Under the pieces are notes generated by a model, which worked only from the letters and a program-made list of their open reading frames with translations, was not told the origin of the DNA and ran no database searches. From NCBI GenBank assembly GCA_048885525.1, contig JBHLLP010000026.1:1-47391 (forward strand): a stretch of 47,391 nt of DNA, given 5' to 3'. Both the position numbers and the translations under genes were made by a program. Of the stretch, positions 39,251 through 47,391 are shown one piece after another; the stretch's first letter is position 1, and each line of letters opens with the position of its first letter. Source of the DNA: Candidatus Hermodarchaeota archaeon. GTDB taxonomy: Archaea; Asgardarchaeota; Lokiarchaeia; Sigyniarchaeales; SOKP01.

Positions 39251-40030
39251 ATGAGTGAGATAAAAGATATTCTACAAAAGCTACTTGAAAAGAAAATTTC
39301 CTTAGATGACGCAGAAAAACTTTTAAAGGCGAATTTAGTTGAAGAAGTTGGAGATATCGCAAAATTAGATATCTTTCGCAAAACAAGGACAGGGATACCG
39401 GAAGTTATTTTTGCTCAAAATAAAGATCCTCAAATACTAATTGATATAATCTCTGGATTTTTTGAGCGTAAAAAATTTGTTATTATTTCGCGTTATCAAG
39501 AAACACAAAAGAAACTGATCCTTGAAAAATTTAGTAATAAGAAGGATTATACAATCGATATAAATGAATTAGGGAAAATTATTGTTATCAAGAAGGATTC
39601 ATATAGTTTTAATAAAAAAGGAGGAATTGTAGGAATTATTACAGCTGGCAGTTCAGATATACCAGTAGCTATGGAAGCAAAAATTATTGCAGAAGCAATG
39701 GGCTGTGAGGTTGAAACAAGCTTTGACGTAGGAATTGCGGGGGTGCATCGAATTTTTACTCCTTTAAGTGATATGGTAAAAAGAGGTGTTCATGTAATAA
39801 TTGTGTGTGCAGGTATGGAAGGAACATTACCTGGAGTTGTGGCGGCTCTTGTTGATGTTCCAGTTATAGGTGTTCCAATTTCAAGTGGATATGGAATGGG
39901 TGAAAAAGGAAAAGGAGCACTGATTACTATGCTTCAATCCTGTTCTCCAGGATTATTAGTTGTGAATATTGATAATGGATTTGGTGCCGGCTCTTCTGCT
40001 GCTATTATTGCTAACAAAATAGCTAAATAA
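39251..40030 (+). CDS. larB: Nickel-pincer cofactor biosynthesis carboxylase/hydrolase LarB
   Basis: D..R..RTGIPEVIF..NK, TAGSSDIPVA.EA, DVGIAGVHR, AGMEGTLP, P.S.GYG, SCSPG..VVNIDNGFGA. Confidence 0.94.
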   Translation: MSEIKDILQKLLEKKISLDDAEKLLKANLVEEVGDIAKLDIFRKTRTGIPEVIFAQNKDPQILIDIISGFFERKKFVIISRYQETQKKLILEKFSNKKDYTIDINELGKIIVIKKDSYSFNKKGGIVGIITAGSSDIPVAMEAKIIAEAMGCEVETSFDVGIAGVHRIFTPLSDMVKRGVHVIIVCAGMEGTLPGVVAALVDVPVIGVPISSGYGMGEKGKGALITMLQSCSPGLLVVNIDNGFGAGSSAAIIANKIAK

Positions 40031-40142
40031 ATTATAATTCTCATTTTAATCAATTGAATTGAAAAACAATTTATATATTTAGGTTTAAATTTCACTTAAT
40101 TAAACAAATTATTTTAATAAAAGTAAGGGAAAAGTGAAATTT

Positions 40143-40805
40143 ATGTCAACAGAAGCTTCAAATACAGCTTATAATAGTCTACGTTTACTAAATTCGGAAT
40201 TAGGATGGTATGTGATTCCATTACTTGCAATAGTATTGTATATTTATGGTGTAGAAATAAAAAATGCAAGAGAATCAGGAAATTGGAGTACAGTTTTTGC
40301 GGGATTGACAGTATTAGGTCTAGATCTAATTAATGAAATATGGAATGGACTTGTTTTTGCATTCACCGATGTTTCTGCTTTTTGGACTACTCCCGGAGCA
40401 AGTGCATATATCATTTTAATTGGATGGAATATTGAAATCGCATTTATGTTTTCTATTGCTGGAATTGTATTTGCGAAGTTCTTACCTGAAGATAAAAACA
40501 AAAAGATACTTGGTCTTCCTAATCGATGGGCTATGGCAATTGGTTTTGCTCTATTTTGTGTTATAGTAGAAATTTTCTTGAATATTGGAAATTATTTAAT
40601 TTGGTATTACTGGTTTTGGCATTGGTATAATCCAATTCTTATATTTCTTATAGGATATTTCCATTTTTTCGTAGGAGCTTTTTACGTGTACGATCTGCCA
40701 GATAGAAAGTCTAAAATGAAATTCGTTGGGATAATCTATGCTATAGGAATTGGGCTTTTATGCATCTTTTTACCACTAGGTATTGCAGGAATAATTAAAT
40801 TTTAA
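40143..40805 (+). CDS. Conserved-looking hypothetical ~6-TM membrane protein
   Basis: About six hydrophobic helices with intramembrane polar residues (D..NE..N, NIEI, VE..LN). Followed by a T-rich terminator. Confidence 0.75.
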   Translation: MSTEASNTAYNSLRLLNSELGWYVIPLLAIVLYIYGVEIKNARESGNWSTVFAGLTVLGLDLINEIWNGLVFAFTDVSAFWTTPGASAYIILIGWNIEIAFMFSIAGIVFAKFLPEDKNKKILGLPNRWAMAIGFALFCVIVEIFLNIGNYLIWYYWFWHWYNPILIFLIGYFHFFVGAFYVYDLPDRKSKMKFVGIIYAIGIGLLCIFLPLGIAGIIKF

Positions 40806-41066
40806 AAAATTTATCTTTACTTTTCTTTTTTTTATTCTATTTCATTTATTTAAACACATATTTAATCAAATACTTTTTTAATGTATATTTTTTCCTTTAA
40901 GTGAACGACTAGCTTATTCAATACTTTATCCCTTTTTGATATCTCTAGGGCTATAATTTAAGATAGATAATTATATATAGGTACATTAATATAATTAATA
41001 TTGAACTTATTTTTCAATTAATAAAAATCTAAAAAAAAATTCTAAGAAGAAGTAGTTGAGACCCCA

Positions 41067-41609
41067 ATGGTCGCATCTATTGATCAAACTGAACTTTTTG
41101 AAAAATCTAAGAAATTTTTTCAAAATGGTGATATCCTTAACACTTTAGAGAACTTCCAAAAGGTAATGGAACGCATTGATCGAGGACAAATTAAGAATAA
41201 ATCTGAATATATTCAATTCCTTGAAGATATCTTAAAACATTGCAGAGAACATAATTTACCCGAAGAAGAAGCACTCGTTTTAAGGACATTAGGGAGAATT
41301 TATTCTCTTTTTAAACAACATGCTGAAAGTATGAAATATCACTACCAATCATTAAAAATACAAAAAAAATTAGGTAAGAAATTAGAGATTGCTGAAGGAT
41401 TAGTATTTTTAGCTGAAGACATTGAAGTATCAGGAAATTTTGACAAATGTATTCAGACTTTCCAAGAAGCCTCTGAATTATATCAAGAATTGGGTAAGTT
41501 AAGAAAAGTTAAGGAAATAAAGAAAGAACTTACAAGACTTAAAGCTTTTTCAAAAGAAATGGTTGAAGATGAGTACTGGTTGCAAAAGTTTAATGTTGAT
41601 AAATATTAA
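41067..41609 (+). CDS. Tetratricopeptide-repeat protein
   Basis: TPR-like units EA.VL..LG.IY......AES..YH.QSL.I.KKLG and IA..L..LA......G.F......FQEA..LY.ELG. Confidence 0.8.
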   Translation: MVASIDQTELFEKSKKFFQNGDILNTLENFQKVMERIDRGQIKNKSEYIQFLEDILKHCREHNLPEEEALVLRTLGRIYSLFKQHAESMKYHYQSLKIQKKLGKKLEIAEGLVFLAEDIEVSGNFDKCIQTFQEASELYQELGKLRKVKEIKKELTRLKAFSKEMVEDEYWLQKFNVDKY

Positions 41610-41685
41610 ATTATCGCAATATTGGAATTTTCTACCTATTTTTTTTTTTCTTTTTTATAATTCTTAAGAAAGCACGGAAATGTCC

Positions 41686-42969
41686 TTAAAAATTATCATA
41701 GATTTGTTTTATTTTTTCATTAACTATGAATTGAATTTTTTTCACAGGGATTCCAGTATCCTCGCTTATCTTTTTAAGATCTTCATATTCAGGTTTAATA
41801 TTAACCACTTCCACTCCTTTCTCTGATTCGATAAAGGAAATTTTATAGCTAATTTCATATGTATTTTCTTTTATATGAATTTGTTTCCTTTCAATTCTTC
41901 TGCTAATACAGACACGATTAATAATGTTAAATCTTACTCCTAAAGTTCCTAATTCTAATATTATTTTTTCAATTAACCTAAAAGTATACTCTGGATAACA
42001 AAGAATTTTAATGATATGTCCAGGTCTGTTTTTTTTCGTAATACTTGGTAAAATTTGAACATCTAAAATTTCTTCTTTCTTTAAGGTTGAGACAAAATTT
42101 CCAAGAATCTCTCCAGATATATCGTCAACATCAGTTTCTAATATAGAAACTTGTTCTATATATTTTTGTAATGGATGAGTTAAATCAGATAATTGTATAT
42201 CAGAAGTTTCACCATAAAATATTCGTAGAATATTTAGAAAATTATCAAATTCTTTTTGACCAGTACTATAAACAGATTTTAAAATTTTCATTTCGATGGG
42301 ATACTGAAGAACAGTTGGATTTAAGTTTGCTAATAACGCAGCGCCTGTAGGGGTAACGAGTTCAGAATCTATAGGTCCACCAAATGTAATTAAATTTGAC
42401 TTTTCTAAGATTTTTAAAGTAGCAGGAGCCGGAATTGCGATTACACCATGTTTAGTCTGTACTTTTCCACCTCCTAAGGGAATTTTACTACAAAATATTT
42501 TTAAATCATTATTAAAAGCATTGAGTTTATCAAGAGTGGTTGCAACCCCAATAATATCAATGAGAGTATCCACAGAACTAAGTTCATGTAAATGGATTTT
42601 GTCAGCTGTATCTCCATGAACTTCTGCTTCTGCGTGAATCAAGGAATTTAAAACATTATTTGCATAAATCTTTGCAGAGTTAGAGATCATAGAGGCTTTT
42701 AGAAAATCATTTAAAGAGTCCTGTAGAGTTGTAGCTGTTCTATGATCCTTAGTTTCAGCTATTTCTATTTGTAATTGATTTAATTTAATTCCATTACGTT
42801 CAATATTAATTAATTTTAATTCTAATCTTAAAATCCCTGGCAAGAATGTTTTTAATTCCTCTAATTCATTTAATATTTTATTATCTTCTGGTAATAAGCC
42901 TAAAAGAGAAGCTAAAAACATATCTCCAGAGATTCCTGAGTCATTTAAATCAATATATAATACTTTCAT
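41686..42969 (-). CDS. larC: Nickel-pincer cofactor nickel insertase LarC
   Basis: Motifs SGISGDMFL, AEAEVHG..IHLHE, D.LIDI, HG..IPAPAT, ELVTPTGAA, LETDVDD.SGE, KKNRPG, GTLGVR and KPEYED. Confidence 0.95.
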   Translation of the reverse strand: MKVLYIDLNDSGISGDMFLASLLGLLPEDNKILNELEELKTFLPGILRLELKLINIERNGIKLNQLQIEIAETKDHRTATTLQDSLNDFLKASMISNSAKIYANNVLNSLIHAEAEVHGDTADKIHLHELSSVDTLIDIIGVATTLDKLNAFNNDLKIFCSKIPLGGGKVQTKHGVIAIPAPATLKILEKSNLITFGGPIDSELVTPTGAALLANLNPTVLQYPIEMKILKSVYSTGQKEFDNFLNILRIFYGETSDIQLSDLTHPLQKYIEQVSILETDVDDISGEILGNFVSTLKKEEILDVQILPSITKKNRPGHIIKILCYPEYTFRLIEKIILELGTLGVRFNIINRVCISRRIERKQIHIKENTYEISYKISFIESEKGVEVVNIKPEYEDLKKISEDTGIPVKKIQFIVNEKIKQIYDNF

Positions 42970-43098
42970 TTTATCATTTTTTCAAAATTGGTAAGAACTC
43001 GAAAATTGAATTGATAACAATTTTATAAGTATATTATCTTTTTAATAATATTAAGAATTATTATAAATAAATTATATTTTCAACTTTAAGGCATTATA

Positions 43099-43833
43099 AT
43101 GAGCGAACTTCAAACTATAAAATGCTATATGAATCAACTACCAGCAACTCTACTACAATTATTAGACATTATGCCTCCAAATGGAATAATACCAGAACCA
43201 GTTCAACAAATTTTAAAGTTATATCAAGGAATCGAACGTATTAGCATAAATTTAATAGATAATTTCGGACTTTTTGAAATTACTTACTTAAAGCCACAAT
43301 TTATGATAACTAACTCTGAAGTAATGTTATTATTAAGTACTAAAAATCCTTATACTTTAGGAGTATTACACCAAATAATATTTGGTGGTTTTAATATTGA
43401 ACCTAATGAATTTCATTTATTAAAAGCAATAAATAGTGCAGGTAAAACATCATGTTTTATTGCTAGAAAGAAAGATTTAGAAAGGTATGATGGAGGAACA
43501 AAATCCATTCCAAAAGATACAGATATGAGTACTTGGGTTGAATCTGCGAAAGCTATTAATACTCATGACCTTTCATGGATGCATTATCTTGATTTTGAGA
43601 ATCTGCATAAACAACAGCAACGATTACAGCAAAGAACTCCAGAAGATTTAATTAAGAAACTTATAAATAGAACTGATAAATGGATCTTGGGTAATTATAA
43701 ACAACTTAGACCTAATTCATTGATGATTATTATTGGAGATCATGGTAGAGATAGACTGGATTTTGCTTATTCAGGGAAAATTGCGGAATGGAGGAAAGCC
43801 AGTGTACCAATAGCTATTTTTATAAAAAAATAA
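43099..43833 (+). CDS. Alkaline-phosphatase-superfamily-like protein (compact, possibly degenerate)
   Basis: LIDNFG near the N-terminus, LMIIIGDHG and VP near the C-terminus; the usual D-x3-H metal ligands are not clearly present. Confidence 0.55.
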   Translation: MSELQTIKCYMNQLPATLLQLLDIMPPNGIIPEPVQQILKLYQGIERISINLIDNFGLFEITYLKPQFMITNSEVMLLLSTKNPYTLGVLHQIIFGGFNIEPNEFHLLKAINSAGKTSCFIARKKDLERYDGGTKSIPKDTDMSTWVESAKAINTHDLSWMHYLDFENLHKQQQRLQQRTPEDLIKKLINRTDKWILGNYKQLRPNSLMIIIGDHGRDRLDFAYSGKIAEWRKASVPIAIFIKK

Positions 43834-43879
43834 TCACATTTTACCTCATTTTAATTTTAAAATAAATTAGTTGTTTACA

Positions 43880-44386
43880 ATGGAAGAATACAAACGCTTT
43901 ACAATTTCTTTACCCCAAGATCAATACAACAGATTTGAGGAATTTAGAAATAAACTAGGAATCTCAAGATCTGATGCTATTCGAAAAGCTATGCATCTTT
44001 TCCTGATACAAGATGAAAACATTTCGATAGTTTCGGAAAGTGTTGTTGGGTGCATTGCATTAATGATGACCCATGAACATGTCGATTTGAATCATGAACA
44101 CTCTTATGAACATTTAAAGGATTCTCCCCATGATCATGAATATAGCTCAAAACCTATCTACGCAAATATCCAACAAACAGATGAAATCTTAAAGAATGAT
44201 ATTCAGCATCATTTCCATGAAATCATTATTTCCACAATGCACGTTCACTTAGAATATAAGAAATGTTTAGAAATAATTGCTGTATCTGGGCCCTATAACG
44301 AAGTTAAAAAACTAAAAGATTCTCTTCAACGGTTAAAAAGCGTATTATCTATAGGATTCTTTATTATCGATAAAGAAATTACCTAA
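43880..44386 (+). CDS. nikR: Nickel-responsive regulator NikR (ribbon-helix-helix plus ACT domain) with His-rich insertion
   Basis: RFTISLP...SRSDAIRKAM (RHH); IQHHFH and STMHVHL....CLEII (Ni ligands). Confidence 0.9.
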   Translation: MEEYKRFTISLPQDQYNRFEEFRNKLGISRSDAIRKAMHLFLIQDENISIVSESVVGCIALMMTHEHVDLNHEHSYEHLKDSPHDHEYSSKPIYANIQQTDEILKNDIQHHFHEIIISTMHVHLEYKKCLEIIAVSGPYNEVKKLKDSLQRLKSVLSIGFFIIDKEIT

Positions 44387-44650
44387 GCCTATAAGATTAC
44401 AATATCTTAAGAGAAGAGAGAAAATAAGAATAAAATATTCCTTTTCCTTTAGAAGTAGTATAAGGTATAAGGCGATTTTTTGGTTAGGAATTTTTATTCT
44501 TTATTTTAAGTGGGTTATGTGTGTTAATTGTAAAATTTCATTTAAAAAATTTAAATTCCTAAAGAGTATTAAATTAATAATTTTCACAATAAAAAGAATT
44601 TAAACAAATTGAAATAATATTAAAAAAAAACCTAAATTAAAAATTTTAGA

Positions 44651-44848
44651 TTATAAATCTTTTTCTTGAACAGTTTTTCTATTATTTGCTTTGGCTCTTC
44701 CGATTGCTTTGTCGAGAATACCAATGATAGCATCGTTAAGTGCTGGACCATCAATCAAGTCCCCGCTTGTGTTGCATCCCTTACTTTTGATATATTCTCG
44801 GACTTTACTTTTCACAAAAAGAGCCTCAACAGAAGCTTTTTTAGCCAT
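44651..44848 (-). CDS. Short histone-fold protein, non-nucleosomal (alpha3-truncated) type
   Basis: LFVKSKVREYIK...NTSGD...AL...I..ILDKAI.RAKANNRKTV..KDL, with the RKTVxxxD histone-fold signature. GGAGG ribosome-binding site at 44858-44862. Confidence 0.85.
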   Translation of the reverse strand: MAKKASVEALFVKSKVREYIKSKGCNTSGDLIDGPALNDAIIGILDKAIGRAKANNRKTVQEKDL

Positions 44849-45119
44849 TTTTTTATTCCTCCGTAAAAGTTTTTAAATATGTTTTAAAAATGTTTTGAAT
44901 AAATTATTTAAGTTTAATTATTATTCCGTCTTCCTTATTTTTAAACTTTAAGGTTAAATCATCTTAAACGATGAATAAAAAACTCCTAAATGCAATTTTT
45001 GTAAATTCATAATTTTGTAAAAATTGGGGCAGATTTTAAAATAAATCATAAATTTAGTAAGAAATAATAGATTCCATATTGGAAATAATTGAATTAAATA
45101 GTATATTAAGGATTCTTTA

Positions 45120-46925
45120 ATGAAAACTATCTCTCTTAATGGAAAATGGAAATGTAAATCTGATATTAAGAATATTGGAATTAAAAATAATTGGTACAAT
45201 CCAGATGTTTATAACCTTAATAAAAAAAACTTAATAAATATTGAAATTCCTAAAAGCTTTAATCTTTTGAAAGGATTTGAGAATTTTGAAGGTACTTTTT
45301 GGCACTTTTATCAATTTGATTTGAATGAAGAGAGAGATCTTAATAAGAATGACTTTCAAATTAGATTTAAAGGTGCTAATTATAATTCAAATGTATGGGT
45401 AAATGGTAAATTTTTGGGGGAGCATAGTGGAGGATTTACACCTTTCCACTTTAATATTAATAATTTGATTAAAGAAAGAAATAATTTCCTTGTAGTTCGA
45501 GTTGATAATAAAAGAAAAAGAGATCAAGTCCCCGCTATTTCTTTTGATTGGTTTAATTATGGCGGAATTTACCGAGATGTTGATTTATTAATTTTAGACA
45601 AGAATAGATTAGACCGAGTCTGTATCAAAACTACAATAATTACAAAACAAAAGAGCAGAATTGACGTATCCTATAATATTATAGGAGAAATTCCATTGAA
45701 GTGGCAAATATTAGATGAATCAAAAAAAGATATCTTATATGAAGGAACGGCACCTGAGATATCGGGGAAAGGAGGATTCAATTTAATTATAAATAATCCG
45801 AAATTATGGTCTCCATCTACGCCTAATCTATATTATTTAAGAATTTATAATATTTCACAAGAAATTGAAGAATTATTAATTTTCAATACCTATTTTGGAA
45901 TACGCCAAATTGAAATCAACGGATTCAATTTAATTTTAAACAAAGAAAAAATTTTTTTGAAAGGTGCTAGTTTACATGAAGAGTATATGCCCTATGGAAG
46001 AACAATTCCATATGAGAAACGAAAAGAAGATATTCTTAATTTTAAATCTCTTGGCTTTAATGCTATTCGTACAGCTCATTATTCTCATGATGAGGATTTA
46101 GTTGAGATTGCAGATAAGGTTGGGATATTAATACTTGAAGAAATACCTGTATATTGGTCGTGTGATTTCAAAAATTCTCAAACATATGAGACTGCTGCAA
46201 ATATGTTGAGTGAACTTATTTGGCGTGATATCAATCATCCGTCTGTGATTTGGTGGAGCGTAGGAAATGAAGTTCCATTACATAGGAAGGATTGTTCAAA
46301 TTTTATTAAATCTTTAATGAATTTAGCGAAAGAAATTGATAAGACCCGACTTGTGACTGTTGTTTCTCGGAAATTAATTCCTGATTTAACAAGGAGATCA
46401 GTAGATATTGCTACAATAAATACATATTTTGGATGGTATTTTCCACATGAGAAGTTGATTAGTTTTGTGTTAGATTTAATCAGAACTCCCGTACTTAATA
46501 AGCCATGGATTTATACAGAATTTGGAGCGGGAGCAAAATATGGATTTCATGCTGATTGGAATAAACAGTTAAAATTTAGTGAAGAAAAGCAATTACATGT
46601 ATTAGATTATACAATTAGAACCATTAATTCAAAAGATTATTTTGCTGGGTGGTTTATTTGGATTTATAGGGACTTTCGTGCTCCTAAACGGTTAAATAAA
46701 TACCAGCAAGGATATAATAGAAAAGGTATTGTGAGTGGGGAACATAATGAGAAAAAGCTAATATATTATAGAATTCCAAAGATTATTGATCAAAAAAGAA
46801 AAACCTATAATACAAAAATGTTAGGAATACTAATATGGATTGTTTTTTTTCCGTTCTCATATGTTCTATTCACGCGCATAATCAATCAGTTTTTAGAACA
46901 CCGAGTTAAAAAAGCGAGTTTTTAA
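45120..46925 (+). CDS. Glycoside hydrolase family 2, beta-glucuronidase-like, with C-terminal hydrophobic helix
   Basis: H.GGFTPF, DWFNYGGIYRDV, LKG..LHEE, N.IRTAHY, NHPSV..WSVGNE (acid/base Glu), TEFG (nucleophile) and the NxKG motif (NRKG) typical of glucuronidases. Confidence 0.9.
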   Translation: MKTISLNGKWKCKSDIKNIGIKNNWYNPDVYNLNKKNLINIEIPKSFNLLKGFENFEGTFWHFYQFDLNEERDLNKNDFQIRFKGANYNSNVWVNGKFLGEHSGGFTPFHFNINNLIKERNNFLVVRVDNKRKRDQVPAISFDWFNYGGIYRDVDLLILDKNRLDRVCIKTTIITKQKSRIDVSYNIIGEIPLKWQILDESKKDILYEGTAPEISGKGGFNLIINNPKLWSPSTPNLYYLRIYNISQEIEELLIFNTYFGIRQIEINGFNLILNKEKIFLKGASLHEEYMPYGRTIPYEKRKEDILNFKSLGFNAIRTAHYSHDEDLVEIADKVGILILEEIPVYWSCDFKNSQTYETAANMLSELIWRDINHPSVIWWSVGNEVPLHRKDCSNFIKSLMNLAKEIDKTRLVTVVSRKLIPDLTRRSVDIATINTYFGWYFPHEKLISFVLDLIRTPVLNKPWIYTEFGAGAKYGFHADWNKQLKFSEEKQLHVLDYTIRTINSKDYFAGWFIWIYRDFRAPKRLNKYQQGYNRKGIVSGEHNEKKLIYYRIPKIIDQKRKTYNTKMLGILIWIVFFPFSYVLFTRIINQFLEHRVKKASF

Positions 46926-46954
46926 TTTTTAATTAAAAAATTGAATTTAGGATT

Positions 46955-47391
46955 ATGAAAAAATTGAATGAAATAATCTATTCAAAAGCTCCTGTTCGAA
47001 TTTGTGATTTAGGGGGTTGGACTGACACTTGGTTTTATCCAAAAGGTGCTGTTTTTAGTATTAGTATTGATTTATGTAGTTATGTTAGGGTCTTTCCAAA
47101 TCTTTCAAAAAAAATTAATATATTTTCAGAGAATCTTAATTTACATACTGAAATCCAAGACTTTCACGAAATAAATTATGACGGTAATCTTGATTTGCTA
47201 AAAGCAGCAGTAAAAATAATGGGCATAAAGAAAGGGATGGATATTTATGTTAAAGCAGAAGCTCCTCCTGGATGTGGTACAGGAACAAGTGCTAGTGTGG
47301 CTGTAGCTTTAATTGCTGCATTAACTAACTTATCTCATAAAAAATTAAAGCAAGGAGAAATTGCAAAATTAGCTCATAAGCTTGAGATTGA
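46955..47391 (+). CDS. GHMP-family sugar kinase (HddA/fucokinase-like), truncated by the window edge
   Basis: Translated by hand: MKKLNEIIYSKAPVRICDLGGWTDTWF...APPGCGTGTSASVAVALIAAL (GHMP motifs I and II). No stop codon before the window ends. Confidence 0.88.
   Translation, partial: MKKLNEIIYSKAPVRICDLGGWTDTWFYPKGAVFSISIDLCSYVRVFPNLSKKINIFSENLNLHTEIQDFHEINYDGNLDLLKAAVKIMGIKKGMDIYVKAEAPPGCGTGTSASVAVALIAALTNLSHKKLKQGEIAKLAHKLEI

Noticed and set aside
1-47391. Genome-wide stop-codon reassignment as the explanation for the in-frame TGA and TAA
   Set aside because: TAA, TAG and TGA all terminate intact genes here (for example TGA at 8920-8922 and TAG at 2886-2888), and the interruptions are of mixed types including frameshifts.
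1-47391. CRISPR arrays, rRNA genes, IS elements
   Set aside because: I found no regularly spaced repeats, no long GC-rich structural RNA and no transposase-like ORF by eye.

Overview
Very AT-rich, gene-dense archaeal chromosome segment, almost certainly from an Asgard archaeon of the Lokiarchaeia type. The taxonomic call rests on an intact ESCRT locus (Vps22/EAP30, Vps25, Vps4, ESCRT-III) followed by a Rab-like small GTPase, on a longin-like domain protein, and on archaeal tRNAs without an encoded CCA. Most of the window is housekeeping or metabolic: M29 aminopeptidase, PhzF, DUF1848, RidA, mtnA, Dus, glucan phosphorylase, MFS transporter, acyl-CoA ligase, NDP-sugar synthase, CYTH cyclase, NOP2/RsmB, NIP7, PfkB kinase, pgk, larB, larC, nikR, a GH2 glycosidase and a GHMP kinase, plus tRNA-Gly(GCC), tRNA-Val(GAC) and a short non-nucleosomal-type histone. 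The best candidate for something undescribed is a two-gene module at 23.3-25.4 kb: a winged-helix regulator followed by a 7-TM protein fused to a longin-like domain. It lies between NOP2 and NIP7, about 1 kb from the ESCRT/Rab-like locus. The 7TM-longin reading frame is split exactly at a canonical -1 slippery heptamer (A AAT TTA). A simple 1-bp lesion is at least as likely, because several other genes here carry single stops or frameshifts. I saw no CRISPR array, integrase, transposase or rRNA. All product calls come from reading motifs by eye, not from database searches.
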